From Burkholderiaceae bacterium (GTDB taxonomy: Bacteria > Pseudomonadota > Gammaproteobacteria > Burkholderiales > Burkholderiaceae_E): a DNA stretch of 62,975 bases. This document shows, piece after piece, positions 40,364 to 48,706 of the stretch. Each line of letters opens with the position of its first letter. The first letter of the stretch is position 1. The translations under genes were made by a program, and so were the position numbers. A model generated the notes under the pieces. It did no database searches and was not told the origin of the DNA. It worked only from the letters and a program-made list of their open reading frames with translations. The DNA lies in contig JAHEMI010000001.1 of the NCBI GenBank assembly GCA_024643785.1, forward strand, positions 1 through 62,975, written 5' to 3'.

Positions 40364-41081
40364 TGCCGTACTGAAGGTAACCGGCCTGCGCGTCGCCTAT
40401 GGCGGGATCCAGGCCGTCAAGGGCGTTGACCTCGAAGTGAACAAGGGTGAACTGGTCGCACTGATCGGCGCCAATGGCGCCGGCAAGACCTCGACGCTCA
40501 AGGCCATCACCGGCATGCTGCCGATGGCCGACGGCGATGTCATCTATGACGGGGTGTCGATCCGTGCCGCTGGCCCCTATACGCTGGCGGGCCGGGGCCT
40601 GGCAATGGTGCCCGAGGGCCGCGGGGTGTTTGCCCGCATGTCGATCACCGAAAACCTGCTGATGGGCGCGTTCTCGCGTAAGGACAAACCGGGCATCGCC
40701 GCCGATCTCGAGAAGATGTTCGGCATCTTCCCGCGCCTCAAGGAGCGCGCCACTCAGATGGCCGGGACGCTCTCGGGCGGCGAACAGCAGATGCTCGCAA
40801 TGGCGCGCGCCCTGATGTCGCGCCCGCGCCTGCTGCTGCTCGACGAACCGTCGATGGGGCTCTCTCCGCTGATGGTCGAAAAGGTCTTCGAAGTGGTCCG
40901 CTCGATTTCTTCCGAAGGGACCACCATGCTGCTGGTCGAGCAGAACGCGCGCCTGGCGCTGGAATCAGCCGACCGCGCCTACGTGATGGAGTCCGGCCTG
41001 GTGACGATCACCGGCGAAGCCAAGCAGATGCTGGCGGACCCGCGGGTGCGCGCCGCCTACCTCGGCGAAGCCGGCAGCTAG
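40356..41081 (+). CDS. livF: Branched-chain amino acid ABC transporter ATP-binding protein LivF
   Basis: ATG at 40356 (8-nt overlap with livG). GANGAGKTS, LSGGEQQMLAMARAL, LLLLDEPSMGL. Confidence 0.92.
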   Translation: MPDAVLKVTGLRVAYGGIQAVKGVDLEVNKGELVALIGANGAGKTSTLKAITGMLPMADGDVIYDGVSIRAAGPYTLAGRGLAMVPEGRGVFARMSITENLLMGAFSRKDKPGIAADLEKMFGIFPRLKERATQMAGTLSGGEQQMLAMARALMSRPRLLLLDEPSMGLSPLMVEKVFEVVRSISSEGTTMLLVEQNARLALESADRAYVMESGLVTITGEAKQMLADPRVRAAYLGEAGS

Positions 41082-41126
41082 CCAGGGCGGCATGGGGCTG
41101 CGGGGCCGATCTGCCCTGCCGCCCGG

Positions 41127-42188
41127 TCAACTTCCGGCATCGGCCGCCAGATCGGCGGAGCTGGTGAAGGAATCCGCGTAGAACTCGGTGTCGGGCAAGG
41201 CGCACGACGTGATGAAGTCGCGGCGCGCCGAATCGATCACCACCGGCGCCCCGCAGGCGTAGACCTGATAGCCCGAGAGATCGGGAAGATCGTCCATCAC
41301 CGCCCGGTGCACGAAGCCCGTGCGGCCGCCCCAATGGTCCTCGGGCAGCGCGTCCGATATCACCGGAACATAGCTGAAGCCCGCGATCTCCTGCTGCCAC
41401 CGGCGGCAGAGCTCATCCATGTAGAGGTCGGCCGGGCGCCGCCCTCCCCAGTACAGGGTCATCGGCCGCGCAATCTGTGCCGCGATGCAATGCTCGATGA
41501 TTGCCTTGATCGGCGCAAAACCGGTGCCGCTGGCAACCAGCACGATCGGACGATCACTGTCTTCGCGCAGGAAAAAGGTGCCCAGCGGCCCCTCGAAGCG
41601 CAGCACGTCGCGTTCGCGTACTGGCGGATCGGTGACTCCGAAGAGGGCGTCGGTAAAGCGCCCGCCCGGCAGGTGCCTGACGTGCAGTTCGAGGCGTTCG
41701 GCATTCTCCGGTGCCACGCCCAGCGAGTACTGGCGGCGCGTTCCATCCCTGAGCATCAGCTCGATGTACTGCCCGGCAAGAAATTCGAGCCGCTCGTTGG
41801 CCGGCAGCTGCAGCTGCAGTACCGCCACATCGGGCGCGGGCCGGGAAATGCTCGCGATCCTGCTCGGCAGTTTGCGCACCGGAATATCCGCCGCGCGCTC
41901 CAGTGCCCGGGCCTGCACCAGCAAGTCCGAGCGCGCCTTCGAGCGACACAGCAAAGCGTAGCCCTGAGCTTGCTCCGCGGCGCTCAGCGCCGTCTGTGAG
42001 TGGGTGTCCTGCTCGACGGTTCCGCGCAACACCTTGGCCTTGCAGGTGCCGCAGGCCCCATCGCGGCAGCCATAGGGCAGCACCAGGTGCTGGCGCAGCC
42101 CGGCTTCCAGCACGCTCTCGTCTGGACCGGCGCCAAAACGCGTGCCGCTGGGTGTGAGTTCGACGGTAAAGTCATCGGACGCGCTCAT
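41127..42188 (-). CDS. 2Fe-2S ferredoxin / FAD / NAD(P)H oxidoreductase (FNR-family; often annotated CDP-6-deoxy-delta-3,4-glucoseen reductase-like)
   Basis: Start MSASDDFTVEL (ATG 42186-42188). Plant-type 2Fe-2S CRDGACGTCKAKV...LLC, FAD motif RQYSLG, NAD motif ASGTGFAPI. The 578-aa track ORF is an upstream extension. Confidence 0.8.
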   Translation of the reverse strand: MSASDDFTVELTPSGTRFGAGPDESVLEAGLRQHLVLPYGCRDGACGTCKAKVLRGTVEQDTHSQTALSAAEQAQGYALLCRSKARSDLLVQARALERAADIPVRKLPSRIASISRPAPDVAVLQLQLPANERLEFLAGQYIELMLRDGTRRQYSLGVAPENAERLELHVRHLPGGRFTDALFGVTDPPVRERDVLRFEGPLGTFFLREDSDRPIVLVASGTGFAPIKAIIEHCIAAQIARPMTLYWGGRRPADLYMDELCRRWQQEIAGFSYVPVISDALPEDHWGGRTGFVHRAVMDDLPDLSGYQVYACGAPVVIDSARRDFITSCALPDTEFYADSFTSSADLAADAGS

Positions 42189-42235
42189 GGCATGGATTTC
42201 CTGCTCGATTTCATGATTTCGCGCATTATCGCCCC

Positions 42236-43225
42236 ATGTCCACGATGAGCTGCAACAAGTCCCTGCCGCGCCGTTTCCGCAGGCTGCGCGTAGTTGTCGC
42301 CGGTTGCGGCGATGTCGGACTGCGACTGCTCGCCGGGCCGCTCGCGCGCCACGGCGATCGCATCGGGGTCGTGGCGAGCGCACGTCGTGGCGGCCAGCTG
42401 GCGGAAATTCGTGCCCTTGGAGCGCGCGCGCTGCACTGCGATCTCGAGTTGGCGCGTGACCGCGCACGCCTGGCGTCGCTCGGACGGCACGTGGTGTACC
42501 TGGCACCGCCGCCCAGTGCCGGCGCGGAAGACCATTTGATGCGCGGGTTCGCCGCGGCGCTTTCGGCAGCGGCTGCGCGCCAGCGCGCTCGGCGCGCGCA
42601 GACCGTATTTGGCGGCAGTCTCGCGCCCAAGCTGGTGTACGCGAGCACCAGCGGCGTCTACGGCGACTGCGGCGGCGCACTGATCGACGAAACCCGGCCG
42701 GTGGCACCAGCCAGCGACCGGGCGCGCAGCCGCGTCGCCGCCGAGCGCCAGGTGCGCGCGCTCGCGCGGCGCGGGGTCGCGCGCGCGCTGGTCCTGCGCA
42801 TCCCCGGCATCTACGCTGCCGAGCGCCTCCCGCTCGAGCGGATCGCACGCGGCCTGCCGGCAATCGCAGCCGCCGAAGACGGCTACACCAACCATATCCA
42901 CGCCAACGATCTGGCGCTGATTTCCTGGGTGGCGCTGTTCCGGGGACGCGCCGGCCGCGTCTACCACGCGAGCGACTCGGTGCACCTCAAGATGGGCGAA
43001 TGGTTCGATCGTCTCGCCGACGCCGCCGACCTGCCCCGCCCGCCGCGTCTCACCCGCGAACAGGTCAGGGCCAGCGTCTCGCCGATGATGTGGTCGTTCA
43101 TGCGCGAGTCGCGCCGGCTGGACAATCGCCGGCTGCTGCGCGAACTGCGGGTGCGCCTGCGTTATCCGGGTGTCGACGCCTTGCTCGCCACCCTCCCCCG
43201 AAGAGCGTCTGCCCAACCCCTCTGA
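42236..43225 (+). CDS. NAD(P)-binding SDR / epimerase-dehydratase family protein
   Basis: Rossmann motif VVVAGCGDVGLRL and the extended-SDR-like YASTSGVYGD. Divergent from the reductase, with only 47 nt between the starts. Confidence 0.7.
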   Translation: MSTMSCNKSLPRRFRRLRVVVAGCGDVGLRLLAGPLARHGDRIGVVASARRGGQLAEIRALGARALHCDLELARDRARLASLGRHVVYLAPPPSAGAEDHLMRGFAAALSAAAARQRARRAQTVFGGSLAPKLVYASTSGVYGDCGGALIDETRPVAPASDRARSRVAAERQVRALARRGVARALVLRIPGIYAAERLPLERIARGLPAIAAAEDGYTNHIHANDLALISWVALFRGRAGRVYHASDSVHLKMGEWFDRLADAADLPRPPRLTREQVRASVSPMMWSFMRESRRLDNRRLLRELRVRLRYPGVDALLATLPRRASAQPL

Positions 43226-43244
43226 TACAATCGCCCCCGATTCT

Positions 43245-43320
43245 GCCGGTGTAGCTCAGTTGGTAGAGCAGCGCATTCGTAATGCGAAGGTCGGGGGTTC
43301 GACTCCTCTCACCGGCACCA
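43245..43320 (+). tRNA. tRNA-Thr (anticodon CGU)
   Basis: GCCGGTG/CACCGGC acceptor stem, D-loop AGTTGGTAGAGC, anticodon loop TTCGTAA, T-arm GGGGGTTCGACTCCTCT, encoded CCA. Confidence 0.96.
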
Positions 43321-43328
43321 GAAAAGAC

Positions 43329-43360
43329 AAGGGTCAGCGGGTTAGCGCGCGCTGACCCTT
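43329..43360 (+). terminator. 11-bp hairpin after tRNA-Thr (no U-tract)
   Basis: AAGGGTCAGCG-(10 nt)-CGCTGACCCTT, between tRNA-Thr and the convergent GntR gene. Confidence 0.4.
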
Positions 43361-43410
43361 GCGCATTCCGGGCCCCAGCTCAAGCGTCGTCGTTGCGGCC
43401 TTGCCCGTGA

Positions 43411-44091
43411 TCAGCGCGCGATGGGCACGCGCTCGCGCCCCTCAACCACCGCCATCACCCGCGCGGCCGCCGACTCGAGATGGGCCTGGGTAAGCCGTGC
43501 CGCACGTTCGCCGTCACGGCCGGTGAGCGCACGGAAGATTTCCTGATGCTCGACCCAGACGAGCTGCGCCTTGCCGGCACCGTGGAGCACCTCGCCCATC
43601 GCGCGGCGCAGGTGATTCCAGTAGTTGCCCATCAGTTCCGGGACCAGGCGGTTGCCGCAGAGCTGGTACATCCAGGTATGGAAATCGACGTCGGCCTGCA
43701 CCAGCGCGTCGAGCTTCCCGGTGCTGCAGGCCCGTATCCCGTCGCGAATGATCTCGCGCCCGGCACGTTCATCCTCGATGGTCAACCGGCCCGCCGCGAG
43801 CCTTGCCGCCATCGGGTCGATGGCAGCGCGCAGTTCGTAGATTTCCCTGAACAAGGTGGGGTCCAGCGGCACCACCACCAGGCCACGCCGTCCGGTCTCG
43901 GCCACGAAACCCTGTGCCTTGAGAAGTGCCAGGGCCTGTCCGACTGGTTGGCGCGAGACGGCTAAACGCTCGGCAATGTCGTTCTGTGTGAGGCGCTCAC
44001 CGGGAGCCATCGTCCCCTGGCAGATCGCGTCGAGGATGGCCTGATAGGTCCGCTCGACCAGGCTGGCTGTTGGCGTAAGTGTTTGAATCAT
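43411..44091 (-). CDS. GntR-family (FadR/FCD-type) transcriptional regulator
   Basis: Start MIQTLTPTASLVERTYQAILDAI. Winged-HTH ERLTQNDIAERLAVSRQPVGQALALL. C-terminal FCD-like helical domain (D.DFH..). The 331-aa track ORF is an upstream extension. Confidence 0.85.
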   Translation of the reverse strand: MIQTLTPTASLVERTYQAILDAICQGTMAPGERLTQNDIAERLAVSRQPVGQALALLKAQGFVAETGRRGLVVVPLDPTLFREIYELRAAIDPMAARLAAGRLTIEDERAGREIIRDGIRACSTGKLDALVQADVDFHTWMYQLCGNRLVPELMGNYWNHLRRAMGEVLHGAGKAQLVWVEHQEIFRALTGRDGERAARLTQAHLESAAARVMAVVEGRERVPIAR

Positions 44092-44118
44092 TGCGTGTTC
44101 CGTTTCGTCGATGGTATT

Positions 44119-44135
44119 CTGTATTCCGTATACAG
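44119..44135. promoter_or_regulatory. Candidate GntR operator (inverted repeat) in the divergent promoter region
   Basis: CTGTAT-TCCGT-ATACAG lies in an AT-rich patch between the GntR start (44091) and hcmB start (44200). It contains the GT..AC core typical of GntR-family operators. Confidence 0.35.
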
Positions 44136-44199
44136 TAAAGCGGAGCCGGCTTGGAACCAGCCGATCAGCTACCATAAGCTCAAATCGAGAGGGGCCAAA

Positions 44200-44610
44200 G
44201 TGGAGACAGGCAATATCCGGGCGATCATCGCCAAGGTCGGGCTGGACGGTCACGACCGGGGTGTCAAGATAGTGGCGCGGGCGCTCCGCGACGGCGGTAT
44301 GGACGTGATCTATACCGGCCTGCACCGCACCCCCGAGGAGGTGGTCGACGCGGCGGTGCAGGAGGACGTCGACGTGCTCGGGGTCAGCATCCTGTCGGGC
44401 GCCCACATGACGATCTTCCCGAAAATCTTCAAGCTCCTGACCGAGCGCGGCGCCGAAGACATCATCGTGGTCGGTGGCGGCGTGATGTCCGACGAGGACG
44501 CAGCCGCACTCAAGGCGATGGGCGTGGCGGCAATCCTGTTGCAGGACACGCCACCCGAACTCATCGTTACGACGATCCGGGAACTCGTCGCCGCGCGCGG
44601 CCCGCGCTAG
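44200..44610 (+). CDS. hcmB: Acyl-CoA mutase small subunit (cobalamin-binding domain)
   Basis: GTG at 44200 with GAGAGGGG RBS. B12-binding DGHDRG (DxHxxG) and ..VLGVSILSGAH..VVGGG. The symbol is inferred from the signature in the large subunit. Confidence 0.75.
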   Translation: METGNIRAIIAKVGLDGHDRGVKIVARALRDGGMDVIYTGLHRTPEEVVDAAVQEDVDVLGVSILSGAHMTIFPKIFKLLTERGAEDIIVVGGGVMSDEDAAALKAMGVAAILLQDTPPELIVTTIRELVAARGPR

Positions 44611-44628
44611 CCCCGGGAGGATAAGGCA

Positions 44629-46062
44629 ATGGAAGCCTGGTCATATCCCCCGGCGTACGATCCGAACTACCTGCCCGATCCCGCGGCACGCTACTGGTTT
44701 CCGCGCCGCGAGACTATGCCGGCGGGGGAACGCGAGCAGGCAATCCTGGCGCGACTTCAGGAAATCACCCGCTACGCCTACGACAAGGCGCCCTTCTATC
44801 GGCGCAAGTGGGACGAGGCTGGTTTCCATCCCAGCCAGTTGCGCAGCCTCGAGGACTTCGAGGACCGGGTTCCGGTCATCACCAAGGCCGACCTGCGCGA
44901 AGCGCAAGCGCGCGCGCCGATGTTCGGCGACTACCTGTGCGTCTCGCCAGCGGAGATTCACCACATCCACGGCACTTCCGGCACCACTGGCCGGCCAACG
45001 GCATTCGGCATCAGTCGCAGCGACTGGCAAGCTATCGCCAACGCCCACGCCCGCATCATGTGGGGCATGGGCATCCGGCCCGGCGACACGGTGTTCATCG
45101 CCGCCATCTTCAGCCTCTACATCGGTTCGTGGGGCACCCTGGCCGGCTCCGAGCGGCTGCACTGCCAGAGTTTTCCATTTGGCGCCGGCGCCCCCGGGAT
45201 GACCGCGCGCGCGGCGATGTGGCTCGCCAATTTCAAGCCCCAGGCGTTCTACGGCACACCCTCGTTTGCCCTGCATCTGGCAGAGGTCGCGCGCGCCGAA
45301 GGTTACGAGCCGCGCGATTTCGGCCTCAAGACGATGTTCTTCTCGGGTGAGCCGGGCGCTTCGGTTCCCGGCGTGCGCGACAAGATCCGGGAAGCCTACG
45401 GCGCGCGCGTGATCGACTGCGGCTCGATGGCCGAGGTGGCGCCGTTCATGAACGTCGCCGGCAGCGCGCAGAGTGACGAAGGAATGCTCTGCTGGCAGGA
45501 CGTCGTCTACACCGAGGTCTGCGATCCACAGAGCTTCCGGCGGGTTCCCTACGGTGAGCGCGGCACGCCGGTCTATACCCAGCTCGAACGCACCGGACAG
45601 CCAATGATACGGCTGGTATCGGGCGACCTGACCCGTTGGGTCGACGGGCCAAACCCGTGCGGCCGAACCTACCCGCGCCTGCCCGATGGCATCTTCGGGC
45701 GCATCGACGACATGATCACGATCCGTGGCGAAAACGTTTATCCCAGCGAGATCGATGCCGTGCTCAACCAGCTCGCCGACTACGGCGGCGAACATCGCAT
45801 CCTTATCACCCGCGAAGGCGCGATGGACGAGTTGCTGGTGCGCGTCGAGGCCCTACCGGGTGTGTTTGAGCGCGGGGCGGACGGGGTCGAGGATTTGCGC
45901 GCCCAAACGACGCACCGGATGCACAAGCTCCTGGGCCTGCGCGCTGCGATCGATATAGTTCCGCCCGGCACTTTCCCGCGCACCGATTTCAAGGCGCGCC
46001 GGGTGATCGACGATCGTGATGCGTTCCGCCAGCTGCACGAAAAGCTGGGCCGCCAGCCGTGA
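44629..46062 (+). CDS. PaaK / coenzyme F390 synthetase-type acyl-CoA ligase (candidate 2-hydroxyisobutyrate-CoA ligase)
   Basis: HHIHGTSGTTGRPT AMP-binding motif and overall PaaK-like length and pattern (FFSGEPG, ITIRGENVYPSEID). Confidence 0.75.
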   Translation: MEAWSYPPAYDPNYLPDPAARYWFPRRETMPAGEREQAILARLQEITRYAYDKAPFYRRKWDEAGFHPSQLRSLEDFEDRVPVITKADLREAQARAPMFGDYLCVSPAEIHHIHGTSGTTGRPTAFGISRSDWQAIANAHARIMWGMGIRPGDTVFIAAIFSLYIGSWGTLAGSERLHCQSFPFGAGAPGMTARAAMWLANFKPQAFYGTPSFALHLAEVARAEGYEPRDFGLKTMFFSGEPGASVPGVRDKIREAYGARVIDCGSMAEVAPFMNVAGSAQSDEGMLCWQDVVYTEVCDPQSFRRVPYGERGTPVYTQLERTGQPMIRLVSGDLTRWVDGPNPCGRTYPRLPDGIFGRIDDMITIRGENVYPSEIDAVLNQLADYGGEHRILITREGAMDELLVRVEALPGVFERGADGVEDLRAQTTHRMHKLLGLRAAIDIVPPGTFPRTDFKARRVIDDRDAFRQLHEKLGRQP

Positions 46063-47030
46063 GCACACGAATCGATTCCATCGACCTGGTCGAAGGGGTG
46101 TGCGCCGGTCAATCGCGTGCGATTGCCCGCATGCTCTCGCGCGCGGAAGCGGGTGAAGCGGAAGCGGCAGAAGCGCTCGACGTGCTCTATCGGCGCGCCG
46201 GCCGCGCCCACGTCGTCGGCATTACCGGCGTTCCTGGCAGCGGCAAATCGACGCTGGTGGCCAAGATCGCGGCGGCAGTGCTGGCGTCGGGACGACGGAT
46301 CGGGATCATCGCCGTCGATCCGTCGAGCCCGTTCTCGGGCGGATCGATTCTCGGTGACCGGATTCGCATGGGCGAGGTCACCGGCGACCCCGCGGTCTTC
46401 ATGCGCAGCATGGCAACCCGCGGCGCGCTTGGCGGACTGGCGCGCGGCACGCTCGAAGCCGTCGACATCCTCGATGCGGCCGGCTACGACATGATCGTCA
46501 TCGAGACCGTCGGCGTGGGCCAGGACGAAGTCGACGTGGTGCGGGCAGCGCATACCACCGTGGTAGTTTCGGCCCCCGGACTCGGCGACGACATCCAGGC
46601 GATCAAGGCCGGGATCCTGGAGATCGCCGACGTTCATGCGGTCAGCAAGGGCGACAAGCCGGAGGCTGACCGGACCGTTACCGAACTCAAGGTGATGCTC
46701 GGGCTTGACCTGCCGGCTTCCGGCCTGAAGCGGGCAATTCCGGTGATCAAGACCTGTGCGGCGAGCGGCGCCGGTGTCGCCGAATTGCTCGCGGCGATCG
46801 ACGCCCACCGCGAACACCTGGTCACCAGCGGCGAATACGAGTCGCGACGCCAGTCGATCCGCGAGCGGCGGATGCTCAAAGCCGCCGAGCAGATATTGCA
46901 CGACGAATTCGAGCGCCACCGCCAGGGGCGAATGGCTGATCTGCTCACCGCGCTGGGCACCACCCTGGTTTCCCCGCGAACCGCTGCCCGCCGGCTGCTG
47001 GCGCACATCGGAATGGAGATTGGTCAATGA
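46059..47030 (+). CDS. meaB: MeaB/ArgK-type G-protein chaperone for B12 mutases
   Basis: P-loop GVPGSGKST, AVDPSSPFSGGSILGDR, ETVGVGQ. It overlaps its neighbours by 4 nt on both sides. Confidence 0.88.
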   Translation: MSTRIDSIDLVEGVCAGQSRAIARMLSRAEAGEAEAAEALDVLYRRAGRAHVVGITGVPGSGKSTLVAKIAAAVLASGRRIGIIAVDPSSPFSGGSILGDRIRMGEVTGDPAVFMRSMATRGALGGLARGTLEAVDILDAAGYDMIVIETVGVGQDEVDVVRAAHTTVVVSAPGLGDDIQAIKAGILEIADVHAVSKGDKPEADRTVTELKVMLGLDLPASGLKRAIPVIKTCAASGAGVAELLAAIDAHREHLVTSGEYESRRQSIRERRMLKAAEQILHDEFERHRQGRMADLLTALGTTLVSPRTAARRLLAHIGMEIGQ

Positions 47031-48706
47031 GCAAGAATGATCGCGACGCACTGCAACGGCAGCTGGAACTATGGGAAGGCAACGAGCTGGCCGCCTTCCT
47101 CGCGAAGTCGCCGGAGCGCCAGGCAGAGTTCCGCACGCTTACCGGCTTTCCGGTCAACCGTGTCTACACCGAACTTGACGTGGCCACCACGCCGGCGGGC
47201 GACATCGGCTTGCCCGGCCAGTATCCGTACACCCGCGGGGCGTATCCGACGATGTACCGGGGACGCCTCTGGACGATGCGCCAGATTGCCGGTTTCGGCA
47301 CTGCCGAGGACACCAACGGGCGCTTCAAGTACCTGATCGCCCAGGGCCAGACCGGGCTGTCGACCGACTTCGACATGCCCACGCTGATGGGCTACGACTC
47401 CGACCATCCGATGAGCGAGGGCGAGGTCGGGCGCGAGGGCGTGGCCATCGACACGATGGCGGACATGGATCTGCTTTTCGACGGTATCGACCTCGAGAAG
47501 ATCTCGGTATCGATGACCATCAACCCTTCTGCGTGGATCCTGCTGGCGATGTACATCGGAGTCGCCCAGGAACGCGGGCTGGACCTGAACAAGCTCTCGG
47601 GAACCATCCAGGCCGACATCCTCAAGGAGTACATGGCGCAGAAGGAATGGGCATTCCCGATCGCGCCCTCGGTGCGCATCGTGCGCGATTGCATCACCTA
47701 CTGCGCACGCAACATGAGGCGCTACAACCCGATCAACATCTCCGGCTACCACATCTCGGAAGCCGGCTCCTCGCCGCTCGACGAAGTGGCGTTCCCGCTG
47801 TGCAACCTGATCACCTACGTGGAGGAGGTGGTCAAGACCGGGATGCACGTCGACGAGTTCGCGCCGCGGCTGGCTTTCTTCTTCGTCTCGCAGGCCGACT
47901 TCTTCGAGGAGATCGCGAAGTTCCGCGCGGTGCGGCGCGCCTACGCCAAGATCATGAAGGAACGCTTCGGCGCCAAGAACCCGGATTCGATGCGGCTGCG
48001 CTTTCACACCCAGACCGCCGCGGCGACGCTCACCAAACCGCAATACCAGGTCAACATCGTGCGCACCACCTTGCAGGCCCTGTCCGCAGTGCTCGGCGGC
48101 ACTCAAAGCCTGCACACCAACGGCATGGACGAAGCCTTCGCGATCCCGACCGAGCAGGCGATGAAGCTCGCGCTGCGCACCCAGCAGGTGATCGCCGATG
48201 AATCCAACGCCGCCAACGTCATCGACCCTCTGGGGGGCTCCTACTACGTCGAACACCTCACCAACCAGATGGAGCAGGCGATCTTCGAGGTCATCGACGA
48301 AGTCGACCGGCGCGGGGGCACGATCAAGCTGATCGAGCAGGGCTGGTTCCAGCGTCGGATCGCAGACTTCGCCTACGAAACCGCAATCAAGAAGGCCAAG
48401 GGCGAGAAGGTCGTGCTCGGAGTCAACAAGTTCGTCGAACCCGATGAGCGCCAGGACATCGAGACCCATCCCTACGATCCAACTACCGCCGAACGCCAGA
48501 TCGCGCGGCTGCACCGGGTGCGGCGCGAGCGCAATGCGCCCGAACTGGAGCGACTGCTCGAGCAACTGATCGATGTGGCCCGCGACGAACAGCAGAACAT
48601 CATGCCGGTCACCATCGAGCTGGTGCGCGCAGGAGCATCGATGGGCGAGATCATCACCAGGCTCCAGACCTTATGGGGAACCTACCGCGAGAACCCGGTG
48701 TTCTGA
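47027..48706 (+). CDS. hcmA: Acyl-CoA mutase large (substrate-binding) subunit with a 2-hydroxyisobutyryl-CoA mutase-like signature
   Basis: MCM-family TIM-barrel subunit without a B12 domain. It reads TMRQIAGFGT (Ile87) and GLSTDFDMPT (Asp114) where MCM has RQYAGF and SVAFD. Confidence 0.78.
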   Translation: MSKNDRDALQRQLELWEGNELAAFLAKSPERQAEFRTLTGFPVNRVYTELDVATTPAGDIGLPGQYPYTRGAYPTMYRGRLWTMRQIAGFGTAEDTNGRFKYLIAQGQTGLSTDFDMPTLMGYDSDHPMSEGEVGREGVAIDTMADMDLLFDGIDLEKISVSMTINPSAWILLAMYIGVAQERGLDLNKLSGTIQADILKEYMAQKEWAFPIAPSVRIVRDCITYCARNMRRYNPINISGYHISEAGSSPLDEVAFPLCNLITYVEEVVKTGMHVDEFAPRLAFFFVSQADFFEEIAKFRAVRRAYAKIMKERFGAKNPDSMRLRFHTQTAAATLTKPQYQVNIVRTTLQALSAVLGGTQSLHTNGMDEAFAIPTEQAMKLALRTQQVIADESNAANVIDPLGGSYYVEHLTNQMEQAIFEVIDEVDRRGGTIKLIEQGWFQRRIADFAYETAIKKAKGEKVVLGVNKFVEPDERQDIETHPYDPTTAERQIARLHRVRRERNAPELERLLEQLIDVARDEQQNIMPVTIELVRAGASMGEIITRLQTLWGTYRENPVF

